Below are positions 35,179 to 45,670 of a stretch of DNA of 64,000 nt, piece by piece. A program made the position numbers and the translations under genes. How positions within the stretch are numbered: position 1 is the stretch's first letter; every line of letters begins with the position of its first letter. This DNA is from an uncultured bacterium (GTDB lineage: Bacteria; Patescibacteriota; Minisyncoccia; UBA6257; GWB1-50-10), in contig CAIKKG010000027.1 in the NCBI GenBank assembly GCA_903827975.1, positions 5,403-69,402 on the forward strand, in the 5' to 3' direction. The notes below the pieces were generated by a model. It did no database searches and was not told the DNA's origin. It was given only the letters and a program-made list of their open reading frames with translations.

Positions 35179-35572
35179 GTATGTTTTTACTCCTAACCCC
35201 CATTAATTTTGGGGGTTTTTATTTGGTAACAAACCGCAAAATGTCTCGTTATATATATAGAGCGCAAGAATAGGTCAAAATTGATAAAATTAGACGATTT
35301 ATTGCGTTTTTAAATGTAGAATGTATACTGTTTACTGCTTGGTGTGAGGCTGAGCAACGGACAGGTTTTTAGATTCTAGGGGTTGAGGTACTTATAGTAC
35401 TTGGGCCGTCCCGATTTCTATTAGTAGTCCTCTTCTGTGTTTGGCTATATGCCAATCTGCCCCATGCTCTAATTAACTTTTCCATTATGTAGCCTCGCTC
35501 TAAGAGCGAGTTTTTTATTATCACTAATAAACCCACTGCGTCTTCGTTTTCTTCTGTTCATCATCCTCACAG

Positions 35573-35702
35573 ATGTCGGAAGGTCGGAAACGGTGACAAA
35601 AGCAGTGTTCCCGAAAAAAAGAAAGGTCGAAACACATTAAAAGAACTAAAATTAAGTCGAAAACTTACATTGGCCTCTCGGTCAATGGAAAGTCGAAAAG
35701 AT
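35573..35702 (+). promoter_or_regulatory. array of five direct repeats GTCG(G)AA(A) just upstream of the surface-protein gene
   Basis: tgtcggaa-ggtcggaaac at 35574-35590, aggtcgaaac at 35624-35633, aagtcgaaaac at 35654-35664, aagtcgaaaag at 35690-35700. ATG at 35707. Confidence 0.4.
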
Positions 35703-35706
35703 AAAA

Positions 35707-38700
35707 ATGAGTAAAATTACAATTAAATTCGCAACAGTTGGTATTGCTATCGCAACGGTAGCATCACTTTCTGGCCCAGTATTTGCTCAATCAGCTGATT
35801 TAAATGCCCAGATCGCAGCCCTTATGGCCCAGATCGCAGCATTACAGTCACAGGTTGGCGCACAGAGCTCATCAACATCTTCATACAATTTTGCTAAGAA
35901 CCTCACTCTTGGCTCAACTGGTGCAGACGTTAAAGCTTTACAGGGTGTTTTGATCGCAGGTGGATATTTAAAGATTGCTGCTCCTACAACAACATTTGGT
36001 CCTTTGACCAAGGCTGCTGTAATCGCATGGCAGAAGGCAGTAGGTATTTCACCTACTTCTGGCATGGTAGGACCTCTTAGCCGTGCTAAGTTGAACGCAA
36101 TGGGTGGAACAACGAGTGGAACAACAGGTGGAACAACAGTAGTTGTACCATCAGGAACAGGCCTCGTAGTTTCAAAAGCTTCTGATAGCCCATCAGACAG
36201 AACAATCGGTTCTGGAACAGCATTTAACCCAGCATTGAAGGTAGCCCTTTCTGCTGGTGCTTCAGCTGTTAAGGTCACTGGCCTCACAGTCTTTAAGAGC
36301 GGATTCCTCGCGAATTCCAGCCTTAATGGCGTTGATGTCGTTGATTCAAAGGGAGTTCGTCATGGCAACGTAATCACTTCAGTAGGAGCGGATAATACAA
36401 TTAACCTAATCTTCTCAAGTGATCCAGTAGTAATCGCAGCAGGTTCATCCGAGACATTGACTGTCAGGTTTAACCTCGTAAGCGGTGCTATGACTGGAAC
36501 AGTTGTTATGTCATTGCAGTCAGTTGCAAGCGTTTCTACCGATGCAAAATCAGTTTCTGGTGCCTTCCCAATTACGGGTAGCATTGCAAACGTTGTTGCA
36601 GGTTCAAATGCTCTCGCAACTGTCACTTTGGACGTCTTGACCTCAACGGGTTCATCAACATTAAATGTTGACCCAGCGAGCCAGCAGGAAATCACAAAGT
36701 TCCGCATTCAGGAGACGAGCTCGAACGAGGCTGTAAAGCTTTATTCTTGGACTCTCTATAACTACGGAAATGCAGGAGCAACAGACTATAGCGATGTGAA
36801 GCTCGTTGCCCAGAACGGCGACGTGCTCGCAACAGCTCAGGCTGTTGGCCAGAACATCAAATTCGATCTTTCAGCAAACCCTTACTTTATTGACAAGGGA
36901 CAGACGAAAGATTTCACCGTAACGGCGAAATTGATCAATGGAACAACAAAGACGGTTCAGCTCGTAACCTACAATGATTATGATTTGGATATTCGTGGCG
37001 TTGCTACGTCTGTCTCTCTCATGCCAGGAGCAGGTTCAACTGACACGTCATTCCCAATTGGTAATGGATTTAACATCCAGACGATTGGTTCAGGTTCACT
37101 TACTCTTAGCCGCTCAACAGATACACCGAGCGCAGCAGTAACTCCTGGAACAAACGATACGGTTCTCGCAAAATATGTTGTGAAACCAACTGGAGAGAAC
37201 TATGAACTCCGTCAGGTAAGCTTCTACATCTCAAGGGTGACGACAGCTCTTACCGGAACGGTTTACGTGAAAGTAAATGACCAGACTGTATACAGTGTTG
37301 CGGCATCAGGTGTCTCATCAACTGGAGCAAGCACGGTCACACTTTCTTCATATCCTATCTTGACGTCTGGCGTGAACAACACCATCACGGTGTCTGCTTC
37401 AGTCAACTCAAGTGCGGTATCTACAGATGTTTACACGGTGAAGTCATTTGACCTCATCCAGGCAAAGAGGTTGGTAACAAACGACCTCGTTGACCCAGGA
37501 ACTTCAGCCATCGACGGTCTTGGGATCGCGGTACAGGCTGCTAAGCTCACGGTCACGAACCTCTCAACACCGTCTGCACAGTCGGTTGTTAAGGGAACCT
37601 CAGCATTTGAGTTCGCTCAGGTGCAGTTGAGTGCACAGGGTGGCGGCGAGGATATTAAGGTCTCTAAAGTTGTAATCACAGATACAAGCGCGGTACCAAC
37701 CGACTTGACCAATGTCGTGATCTACAAGGATGGAGAAACATCTCCTCTCGTAACCTCAGCATCAACAGCAAACTTCAGCGCAGGAAAGGTATCATTCAAC
37801 TTCCAGAGCCCAGTATTGGTAACGCGCACGACCCCGGTTGTGCTCCATGTTAAGGCTGATGTCGGAACATCTGCTTCAACAACGCCAACACATGTACTTT
37901 CTGTTGTAACATCATCAACTGATGTCACAGCATACGGTTCAGCAACTGGAAACACGGTTTCCGGTGGAAGCCTAGTCTTGGCTGGAAGCAGTCAGACAAT
38001 GGGTGTTGCAGCAGCTGGTACTCTCACTCTCTCACTCGTTTCTGGTTCTGGCGCAACGCCAGCACAGGATCAGGTGGTAACAGCGGGAACATCTGGCGCA
38101 ACATATCTTGCATTTAAGCTCACATCACAGATCGAAGCCCAGAAGATTACATCTTTGAAGGTTACGGCTGCTGGTGCTGCTCTCTCAACAACGACATTGA
38201 GGAACATCGCCCTTTATCAGGACAATGCCTCAGTACCGTTTTCGTCAGCAGGACAGTGGGATTCTTGCAATGGAACAACAACTTGCACAGTCACATTCAC
38301 AGCGACGGATAACTTGCTCGCGGCACCAGTGCCAACAACAGGTGCAAACATCTATGTGAAGGCTGATGTACCAGCAGGAGGTCAGGGTGTGACACTTGGT
38401 GACAGCTTCAAGCTTTCGATTGCGGCAAATACCGACATCGTAACAAAGGGAGCAGTCTCAGCAGCAACAACAACAGCAACGGGAACAGCAGTACCGACAG
38501 CAATGTCGTACGTCGCTCCTCAGAGCGTTGTAGTTGATGCAGTCTCACCTACCTCAGCAACACAGGTCGGATTGTCATCTGGACAGGTTGTTGGAATCTT
38601 TAAGATCACCAACAATGGTACAGCTCCAATCTACCTTGCAAGTACAACCGATGTATCTAAGCAGTTCACCATTTCAAATGGTGGTGCAGCAACAACAAGC

Positions 38701-39087
38701 GTGAAGTTTGAACTCTATGCATCAGCACAGGGTGGTTCTCAGAGCGATATGTCAGTAACATACGCAACGAGCACAACCTCAAATGGTGCAACGGGTGCTT
38801 CTTCAACAATTGCATTTGATTTTAAAATTGCTGGAGTAACTGATGCAAATCGCCAGATTAATGGTGGTTCATTCAGATACCTCTCAATCAAGACAAATGG
38901 TGTTGCAGCAAACAACGATACCTTTGCACTTTCAATCAGTGCTTTGGGTAAGGTGCAGTACTACGTCAATGAGTCAGATTTGGGTTACAGCGGAAATCCG
39001 TTTGTAGATTCAAATATCTCTGGTACATTGGGTGGTATGTACACATCAGGAACGCCTTCACTCGGTACAGTTACCGCGAAGACATAA
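35707..39087 (+). CDS. large secreted surface protein with N-terminal peptidoglycan-binding (PG_binding_1-like) domain and long Thr/Ser/Val/Ala-rich repetitive region
   Basis: Signal peptide. Motif LTLGSTGADVKALQGVL...FGPLTKAAVIAWQKAVGIS..GMVGPLSRAKL. Confidence 0.65.
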   Translation: MSKITIKFATVGIAIATVASLSGPVFAQSADLNAQIAALMAQIAALQSQVGAQSSSTSSYNFAKNLTLGSTGADVKALQGVLIAGGYLKIAAPTTTFGPLTKAAVIAWQKAVGISPTSGMVGPLSRAKLNAMGGTTSGTTGGTTVVVPSGTGLVVSKASDSPSDRTIGSGTAFNPALKVALSAGASAVKVTGLTVFKSGFLANSSLNGVDVVDSKGVRHGNVITSVGADNTINLIFSSDPVVIAAGSSETLTVRFNLVSGAMTGTVVMSLQSVASVSTDAKSVSGAFPITGSIANVVAGSNALATVTLDVLTSTGSSTLNVDPASQQEITKFRIQETSSNEAVKLYSWTLYNYGNAGATDYSDVKLVAQNGDVLATAQAVGQNIKFDLSANPYFIDKGQTKDFTVTAKLINGTTKTVQLVTYNDYDLDIRGVATSVSLMPGAGSTDTSFPIGNGFNIQTIGSGSLTLSRSTDTPSAAVTPGTNDTVLAKYVVKPTGENYELRQVSFYISRVTTALTGTVYVKVNDQTVYSVAASGVSSTGASTVTLSSYPILTSGVNNTITVSASVNSSAVSTDVYTVKSFDLIQAKRLVTNDLVDPGTSAIDGLGIAVQAAKLTVTNLSTPSAQSVVKGTSAFEFAQVQLSAQGGGEDIKVSKVVITDTSAVPTDLTNVVIYKDGETSPLVTSASTANFSAGKVSFNFQSPVLVTRTTPVVLHVKADVGTSASTTPTHVLSVVTSSTDVTAYGSATGNTVSGGSLVLAGSSQTMGVAAAGTLTLSLVSGSGATPAQDQVVTAGTSGATYLAFKLTSQIEAQKITSLKVTAAGAALSTTTLRNIALYQDNASVPFSSAGQWDSCNGTTTCTVTFTATDNLLAAPVPTTGANIYVKADVPAGGQGVTLGDSFKLSIAANTDIVTKGAVSAATTTATGTAVPTAMSYVAPQSVVVDAVSPTSATQVGLSSGQVVGIFKITNNGTAPIYLASTTDVSKQFTISNGGAATTSVKFELYASAQGGSQSDMSVTYATSTTSNGATGASSTIAFDFKIAGVTDANRQINGGSFRYLSIKTNGVAANNDTFALSISALGKVQYYVNESDLGYSGNPFVDSNISGTLGGMYTSGTPSLGTVTAKT

Positions 39088-39200
39088 ACCTGGTTGTTTA
39101 ACTGGTTTTTCAGTAGCGCAAACTGTATCAAAAAGCCCCCTCGGGGGCTTTTTGATTTGTTTGTTGTGAGTTATTAGTTAAATTGGTACACTAGAAAGCA

Positions 39201-40553
39201 ATGGTTAACTATTTTAAACTTACAAAATTTCTTCTAGTACTTCCGGTTCTTGGTATTTTTATAGTGAGCACCTCAACCTTGTTCCCATTTATCGTAGGGA
39301 AGTATGTCTGGTTCCGTTCAGCTGTTGATTTCGCTCTTATCGCATTTCTTTTAGGACTCTTATTTAACGATGATGACTCACATATGTGGCACAGGATTAA
39401 AGCAGTCCTTAGGCAACCTCTTGTAATTGCAGTCTCAATATTTGTCGCCATCTTTCTCTTGGCTGGATTCTTCGGTGTAGATCCGATGATGTCTTTCTGG
39501 TCTAATTTTGAGCGCGGTGAGGGTGGTCTTCAACTAGTTCACTTCTGGATCTGGTTTACGCTTCTCGTGACCTTGTTTAGGGAGGAGAAAGACTGGCAGA
39601 ATATTTTTGGATTTGCACTCGTGGGTGGCGCCTTAATGGCCGCATACGGATTCTTAGCTGGAGTTGGCGCGAGTGGATTTATCGGTCCAAAGTTTGGAAC
39701 AGAGAGAATCTCCGGCTCAATTGGTAACTCGGCCTATACCGCCGCCTACTCAATATTCATGCTTTTTTATATTGGGTATCTATTGATAAGTAAGTATAAG
39801 GGTAAGTTGCGTTCTGGCGGTGCAATAGTGCTCTATGTACTTTCATTAGTATTCTTCACAACCTTCCTTTTAGCTGGCACGCGTGGCGCATTTATGGGTC
39901 TTGTAGCCTCCATGATTGCGTTCTTGGTATTCTTTGCATTTACGCGCAAAGAATGGCGCAAATGGGTAATTTCCGCGATTGTTGCAATCGTTTTATTGGT
40001 AGGACTGGGAATTAAATTCAAGGACTCTGCGTTTATTAAAGCAATTCCAGGCTCCCGTATTTTTGACATCTCAGTTGGAGCAAAGACATTTGAGGACAGG
40101 TCATATATGTGGACAATTGCGGTAGATGGCGCGAAGGTTTATCCAGTATTTGGCTGGGGTCCAGAGAACTATCTTCATATTTTCGATCAGCGTTTTAACA
40201 TAAAATATTTTAAGCCAAGTGAGGGATTTGGAGCCTGGTTTGATAGGGCACACAGTATTTATTTTGATTATCTATCAGAAATCGGAATCTTAGGACTCCT
40301 AAGTTTCTTGGGAATGTTTATCGTCTTCTATTTTCAGTTCTTCAAAAAGCGAATGGCTGACTCAATATTAAGCTCTAAGTCAGTCACTGAGCAGGCACTA
40401 CTTTTCTCAATGCTTTTCGCATATCTGGTCCAAGGCCTAGTTCTTTTTGACGTCTCTCCTATTTATCTTAATGTGTTTTTGATTCTTGCATTTGGTGCAT
40501 ACCAGTTTCAACCACATATTTCTAAAGTCGCAGTCCAGCAAAAACATAAATAA
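39201..40553 (+). CDS. O-antigen ligase/polymerase-like (Wzy_C) membrane protein
   Basis: About 10 TM segments. Motif LAGTRGAFMGLVAS. Confidence 0.5.
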   Translation: MVNYFKLTKFLLVLPVLGIFIVSTSTLFPFIVGKYVWFRSAVDFALIAFLLGLLFNDDDSHMWHRIKAVLRQPLVIAVSIFVAIFLLAGFFGVDPMMSFWSNFERGEGGLQLVHFWIWFTLLVTLFREEKDWQNIFGFALVGGALMAAYGFLAGVGASGFIGPKFGTERISGSIGNSAYTAAYSIFMLFYIGYLLISKYKGKLRSGGAIVLYVLSLVFFTTFLLAGTRGAFMGLVASMIAFLVFFAFTRKEWRKWVISAIVAIVLLVGLGIKFKDSAFIKAIPGSRIFDISVGAKTFEDRSYMWTIAVDGAKVYPVFGWGPENYLHIFDQRFNIKYFKPSEGFGAWFDRAHSIYFDYLSEIGILGLLSFLGMFIVFYFQFFKKRMADSILSSKSVTEQALLFSMLFAYLVQGLVLFDVSPIYLNVFLILAFGAYQFQPHISKVAVQQKHK

Positions 40554-40558
40554 GAACT

Positions 40559-41122
40559 ATGAAACAAATCGTAATCGTTATTGGAATAATTCTCGCAGTT
40601 CTTAGCTTTATTTATGGAGCGGTACTGCCTTATATGAAGGCCGGGGCATATATTACCGCTATGCAGAATCTATCAAATGTAACCTCCGTACAGGGGTTTA
40701 AAGATAATTTTGATTCAGCATTTAATTTCTACTCACCAGTAGGAGATGAGGAGGTCACAAAGTTTTTGGCAAGCGATATTGTTAATCTCGTGAGTCAGGA
40801 GAAGCAGCCAGAGCTAGTCTCCCGCGAACTAGTCTCCTATATTGAGCCCCATCTTTATGGCGACAATCCACGCCATCTTCTCTCAGGTGCGCAAGCATAC
40901 ACAATTTTGTGGGTTAAGTATGGAAAGAAGGATGATTATCTGAAGGCAGAATCATATTATAAAAAAATCCTTTCAATCGGTCCGAATCTACCACCAGCAC
41001 TCTATGGACTTCTTGATCTGTATGGCAGAGCGGGGGACAAGGAGAATCTGAAAAAAGTTGGTGAGACAATTCTCGGGTACTGGCCAAGCGATGCGAGTAC
41101 TAGAGCTTTGATTAAGAAATAA
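40559..41122 (+). CDS. membrane-anchored hypothetical protein
   Basis: N-terminal TM. Helical repeat-like C-terminus. Confidence 0.4.
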   Translation: MKQIVIVIGIILAVLSFIYGAVLPYMKAGAYITAMQNLSNVTSVQGFKDNFDSAFNFYSPVGDEEVTKFLASDIVNLVSQEKQPELVSRELVSYIEPHLYGDNPRHLLSGAQAYTILWVKYGKKDDYLKAESYYKKILSIGPNLPPALYGLLDLYGRAGDKENLKKVGETILGYWPSDASTRALIKK

Positions 41123-41189
41123 GTTTCTAGGAGTAAAAAGAATTAAGACTATCAGCAATGCTGATTGGATAGTATTTGTGGAATGAAAA

Positions 41190-41951
41190 ATGAAAATAAT
41201 CTCATATAATGTTTTGGGCGGGAAAATGTTAGACCCTCTTCTGCAATTTATTGAGGAGGAATCAAAAAACACAGATATTTTTTGTTTTCAGGAGGCGCTA
41301 GATTCGAGTGCTCCAATGGAGGAGGATGTGGAAGAGCGCCACCATCTTTTAGGTATTCTTAAAGCAAAACTTTCTGAATTTAATTACTATTTTTCTCCTT
41401 TTAGGGGTGGATATGATTGTAGCTCAAACGTTGACTCGCGAGTGTCTTTTGGCCTCGCCATATTTATTAGAAAAACCTTTAAAATCGATTCATTTGAAAT
41501 GGTTTTTTTACAAGGAGACGAGATGAGTCCTCCTGGAAGTAATTTAGTTGTATTACCTTATAGTGCACAGTTTCTAACATTTTTAAACAATTCTGGTAAG
41601 AAAATCACTCTCGCTCATGTGCATGGGATTTCTGACTGGCCGAAAACTGACACTCCGGCCCGCATTAGGCAGTCGGAGATTATTAATGAATTTTTAAGTA
41701 AGAAAAACACCTCAGAAATAATCTGCGGAGACTTTAATCTTTTTCCAGAAACAGAAAGTATAGCTCTTATTGAAAAGAATAGGGTTGGCCTTATTAAAGA
41801 ATTCGGAATACAAAATACTCGCAATTCACTTGTGCCGACGCCCCACGTCTCTGATTACTTTTTTGTCTCATCAGATTTGAAAGTTGAAGATTTTTCAGTT
41901 TCTAATCTTTTTGCCTCTGATCACCTCCCACTTATATTGGTTGTTAATTAA
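41190..41951 (+). CDS. endonuclease/exonuclease/phosphatase (EEP) family protein
   Basis: N-terminal ISYNVLGG...FCFQEA. C-terminal SDHLPL. Confidence 0.65.
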   Translation: MKIISYNVLGGKMLDPLLQFIEEESKNTDIFCFQEALDSSAPMEEDVEERHHLLGILKAKLSEFNYYFSPFRGGYDCSSNVDSRVSFGLAIFIRKTFKIDSFEMVFLQGDEMSPPGSNLVVLPYSAQFLTFLNNSGKKITLAHVHGISDWPKTDTPARIRQSEIINEFLSKKNTSEIICGDFNLFPETESIALIEKNRVGLIKEFGIQNTRNSLVPTPHVSDYFFVSSDLKVEDFSVSNLFASDHLPLILVVN

Positions 41952-42009
41952 TCAGACATATGATGAGTAACATTGTGCTTAGTTCTTTTCATCTCTATTA
42001 TTAATAACA

Positions 42010-43830
42010 ATGTGTGGAATATGTGGTGCGACAAGTAGGGAAATAGGTTATAGAGACAAGCTCATAGGCGCAGTTTCTTCAATGAACGAGGTCCAGATTC
42101 GACGTGGTCCTGATGATGATGGTGTCTGGTCTGATGAAAAGAATGCTGTTGTGTTTGGCCAGCGCAGACTTTCTATTATTGATCTCTCCTCCGCCGGACA
42201 TCAGCCGATGAGTTATGATAGTGGTCAGTTTTGGATAACATTTAATGGGGAGATTTATAATTTTGCTGAATTAAAGAGTGAACTTGAGTGTCGTGGGGCA
42301 ACATTTAAAACGAAGACAGATACGGAAGTAATCCTCGCCTTATTTAAAGAATTCGGTGAGGCCTCGTTCTCTAAAATGCGAGGCATTTTTGCATTCGCCA
42401 TGTGGGACATGAAGCGCGAGCGATTATTTTTAGTGCGCGATCATTATGGAGTAAAGCCTCTGTATTATTTTTCAAATAAAGAAAAACTCGTATTTGCCTC
42501 AACAGTAAAAGCGATTGAAAAGAGTGGGGAAGTTCAGTTGGAAAAATGTACTGAGGCGCTTGTGGGCTTCCTTCTTATGGGTTCTGTGCCATCGCCATTC
42601 ACCACACTTAAAAATGTATTCTCAGTTCCGGCGGGTCATTACTTGGTACGTGAAAAAGATGGTAGTGAGAGATTAGTTAAATATTATGATTCGCTAGATG
42701 CATTTTTAACCAAGAGCACTGATAGTGTGGATGTGGCTGTCGAAAAAATAAGAGCTGGATTGAAGGAGGCAGTGAATCTTAATCTGGTAAGTGATGCACC
42801 ACTCGGAGTCTTCTTAAGTGGTGGGCTTGATTCGTCTGCACTCGCTGCACTTTCAGCAAAAGCAAGAGAAAATCCTCTAACAACAATCTCCATAACCTTT
42901 GACGAGACAAAGTTTTCTGAGAAGAAGTATCAGGATATGGTTGCTTTGCATATTAAGAGTAATCATAAAGAGGTAAGGATTCGGAAGGAGGATTTTTATA
43001 ATTCGTATAATGATATTTTTGAGGCGATGGATCAGCCGACTATTGATGCAGTAAATACATTCTTCGTGTCTAAGGCGGCAAAGGAAGCCGGCCTAAAGGT
43101 GGTTCTCTCCGGGTTGGGGAGTGATGAGATATTTTGTGGTTACCCCTCGTTTAGGAAGGTTTCTAGGCTACACACAATTCAGAGACTTCCTCGCGCACTA
43201 AGGGCGCCACTTTCATTTACTGGATTATTTGATGATGAATATGCCAAGTTGCAAAATCTTCAGCGAGATGATGTTCTAAGTTTCTATCTCTCATCCAGAA
43301 GTCAATTTTTTGTAAATGACGTTGCAAAAATTCTAGGCATCAGTCTTCCTGAGGTTCTATCAGCGTTTAATGCAATTCGGGAGAAAAGTTTTCTGGATGA
43401 TTCTCGTCTTGCAACACTTGACCCAGTAGACCTTCACTCATTTCTCGAGGTAAGGATGTATATGCAGAATCAGTTATTAAAGGATACGGATGCAATGTCT
43501 ATGTATCACTCAGTTGAGGCGCGGGTGCCATTTTTAGACTTTAAGCTTGTTGAGTATGTGAGCAGTCTGCCCTCTGAAATGAAGCTCGGTGGAAGTGTGA
43601 ATAAGCAATTACTCGTTGATGCGGTTCGCGAAACACTTCCATCTGCTATATTTAACCGTCCTAAAATGGGATTTGTATTTCCTTTTGCAGAATGGTTGAA
43701 AGACGCGCCAAGTGATTTTATCCCAGCAGGCGAGGTAACCAAGGAATTATTTGAGAAATTTAAGTCTGGAAGAATGCACTGGTCGCGCTTCTGGGCGAGT
43801 GTTATACTGAGCCATTGGAAAAAACAGTAA
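42010..43830 (+). CDS. asnB: asparagine synthase (glutamine-hydrolysing)-family amidotransferase
   Basis: N-terminal MCGI (Ntn Cys2). PP-loop SGGLDSS. Confidence 0.75.
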   Translation: MCGICGATSREIGYRDKLIGAVSSMNEVQIRRGPDDDGVWSDEKNAVVFGQRRLSIIDLSSAGHQPMSYDSGQFWITFNGEIYNFAELKSELECRGATFKTKTDTEVILALFKEFGEASFSKMRGIFAFAMWDMKRERLFLVRDHYGVKPLYYFSNKEKLVFASTVKAIEKSGEVQLEKCTEALVGFLLMGSVPSPFTTLKNVFSVPAGHYLVREKDGSERLVKYYDSLDAFLTKSTDSVDVAVEKIRAGLKEAVNLNLVSDAPLGVFLSGGLDSSALAALSAKARENPLTTISITFDETKFSEKKYQDMVALHIKSNHKEVRIRKEDFYNSYNDIFEAMDQPTIDAVNTFFVSKAAKEAGLKVVLSGLGSDEIFCGYPSFRKVSRLHTIQRLPRALRAPLSFTGLFDDEYAKLQNLQRDDVLSFYLSSRSQFFVNDVAKILGISLPEVLSAFNAIREKSFLDDSRLATLDPVDLHSFLEVRMYMQNQLLKDTDAMSMYHSVEARVPFLDFKLVEYVSSLPSEMKLGGSVNKQLLVDAVRETLPSAIFNRPKMGFVFPFAEWLKDAPSDFIPAGEVTKELFEKFKSGRMHWSRFWASVILSHWKKQ

Positions 43831-43843
43831 ATTAAGCTATTTT

Positions 43844-44701
43844 ATGAATAAAAAAGTATCGGTTTCTCTCATAATTCTTACTCGGAACGAAGAAATGCAT
43901 TTGAAAAGGTGCATTGATAGTGCGCGTAATATAGCTAGCAATGTTATTGTTGTGGATTCATTTTCTTCTGATAAGACTGAGTCAATTGCAAAAGAGTGTG
44001 GTGCAGAATTTGTTCAGCATCAATTTTTAAATCAGGCTGATCAGTTTAATTGGGCATTGGACAACCTCGAAATAAATGGGGATTGGATATTGAGATTAGA
44101 TGCGGACGAATTTTTAACAAAAGAACTATCTGATGAAATTTCGGAAACATTAGAAAATATTTCAGAAAATATTTCAGGCTTCTCTATTAAGCGTCGAGTG
44201 CATTTTATGGGGCGCTGGATTAGACATGGAGGATATTATCCATCATGGTTTGTACGATTATTTAAAAAAGGGAGGGGAAGGTATGAGGTTAGGGAGGTTG
44301 ATGAACATGTAGTCATTAGTGATGGTGAGATCCAAAATCTAAAGAACGATTTTGTTGATAGCAATAAACAAAATTTAGAGTGGTGGATTGGGAAACAGAA
44401 CAATCATTCCTCAAGAGAGGTTCTGGCATTAATAAATAAAAGTAAGGATAAGGAGCTTAAACCAAGTCTTTTTGCTGGACAGGCGGAACGCAGAAGATGG
44501 CTCAAGGAAAAGCTATTTATGAGTTCCCCGAAGTTTATGCGTTCATTTTTATATTTTTTCTATCGTTATTTTTTGAGACTCGGTTTTTTGGACGGGGTGG
44601 AGGGTCTAATATTTCACTTTTTGACAGCATTCTGGTACAGATTCCTCATAGATGCTAAGCTATTTGAATACCAAAAGGCGATAAAAAATAATAATAAATA
44701 A
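43844..44701 (+). CDS. family 2 glycosyltransferase
   Basis: VSLIILTRNEE...VVDSFSSD...LDADE. Confidence 0.7.
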   Translation: MNKKVSVSLIILTRNEEMHLKRCIDSARNIASNVIVVDSFSSDKTESIAKECGAEFVQHQFLNQADQFNWALDNLEINGDWILRLDADEFLTKELSDEISETLENISENISGFSIKRRVHFMGRWIRHGGYYPSWFVRLFKKGRGRYEVREVDEHVVISDGEIQNLKNDFVDSNKQNLEWWIGKQNNHSSREVLALINKSKDKELKPSLFAGQAERRRWLKEKLFMSSPKFMRSFLYFFYRYFLRLGFLDGVEGLIFHFLTAFWYRFLIDAKLFEYQKAIKNNNK

Positions 44702-44709
44702 TCAATAAA

Positions 44710-45666
44710 ATGGAAAAAAAGGTATTGGTTGTTGGTGGTGCTGGTTATATTGGTGGTGCTGTAACTGATTTTTTGAAAGAGAAAAATATTTCATTTACCG
44801 TATATGACAGCCTTTTTTATGAGGATCGTTTTTTTAAACAAGTAGATTTTATTTATGGAGATGTGCGAGACCACGAGAAATTAAAAGAAATTCTTCCTAA
44901 TTACTCCCATGTTATTTGGTTGGCGGCAATAGTCGGGGACCCAGCATGTAAGATTAGGCCTGATTTAACAATCGCAATCAATCAAGACGCAGTTGAGTGG
45001 CTTTCTAAAAATTATGACGGGAGAATTGTATTTATGTCTACGTGTTCTGTGTACGGGAAAAACGATAGTGTTGTAAATGAAGAGAGTGAATTAAATCCAC
45101 TTTCTTTATATGCAGAAACAAAAGCTAAGGCAGAGCAGTTTCTAAAAAATAAGAATAGTTTAATTTTCAGATTGGGGACGGTTTTTGGAATTTCAGATAC
45201 ATATTCTCGACCACGAATGGATTTAGCGGTTAATTATATGACTGCAAATGCGGTAGTGAAGGGCAAACTCTCTGTTTTTGGAGGATCCCAGTGGCGTCCA
45301 TTTATTCACGTCAGAAAGGTTGGCGAGGTAATAGCTAATTTTGTTGACACACCAATTACAGGAATATTTAATCTTGCCTCATTTAATTATCAAATTAAAG
45401 ATCTAGCTGAAGAAATTGGAGCGATAACCGGCGCTGAAATAGTATATGCCGACCAGAAGTTTCAAGATGAGCGCAATTATAACGCAACAAATGAAAAAGC
45501 TTTAAAAGCTAATATGCTCGGCTCAGAAAAATCATTTACTATTCATGATGGCGTTGACGAGATTTATAAAATGGTAAAATCAAAGCGTATAAAATATACA
45601 GAAAATGACGTTTATTTTAATGAGCGTCACGTAGCAAATCTAAATGAAAATGGAGAATTTAAATAA
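44710..45666 (+). CDS. NAD-dependent epimerase/dehydratase
   Basis: Rossmann fold VLVVGGAGYIGG. YxxxK-type SDR. Confidence 0.7.
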   Translation: MEKKVLVVGGAGYIGGAVTDFLKEKNISFTVYDSLFYEDRFFKQVDFIYGDVRDHEKLKEILPNYSHVIWLAAIVGDPACKIRPDLTIAINQDAVEWLSKNYDGRIVFMSTCSVYGKNDSVVNEESELNPLSLYAETKAKAEQFLKNKNSLIFRLGTVFGISDTYSRPRMDLAVNYMTANAVVKGKLSVFGGSQWRPFIHVRKVGEVIANFVDTPITGIFNLASFNYQIKDLAEEIGAITGAEIVYADQKFQDERNYNATNEKALKANMLGSEKSFTIHDGVDEIYKMVKSKRIKYTENDVYFNERHVANLNENGEFK

Positions 45667-45670
45667 TAAT

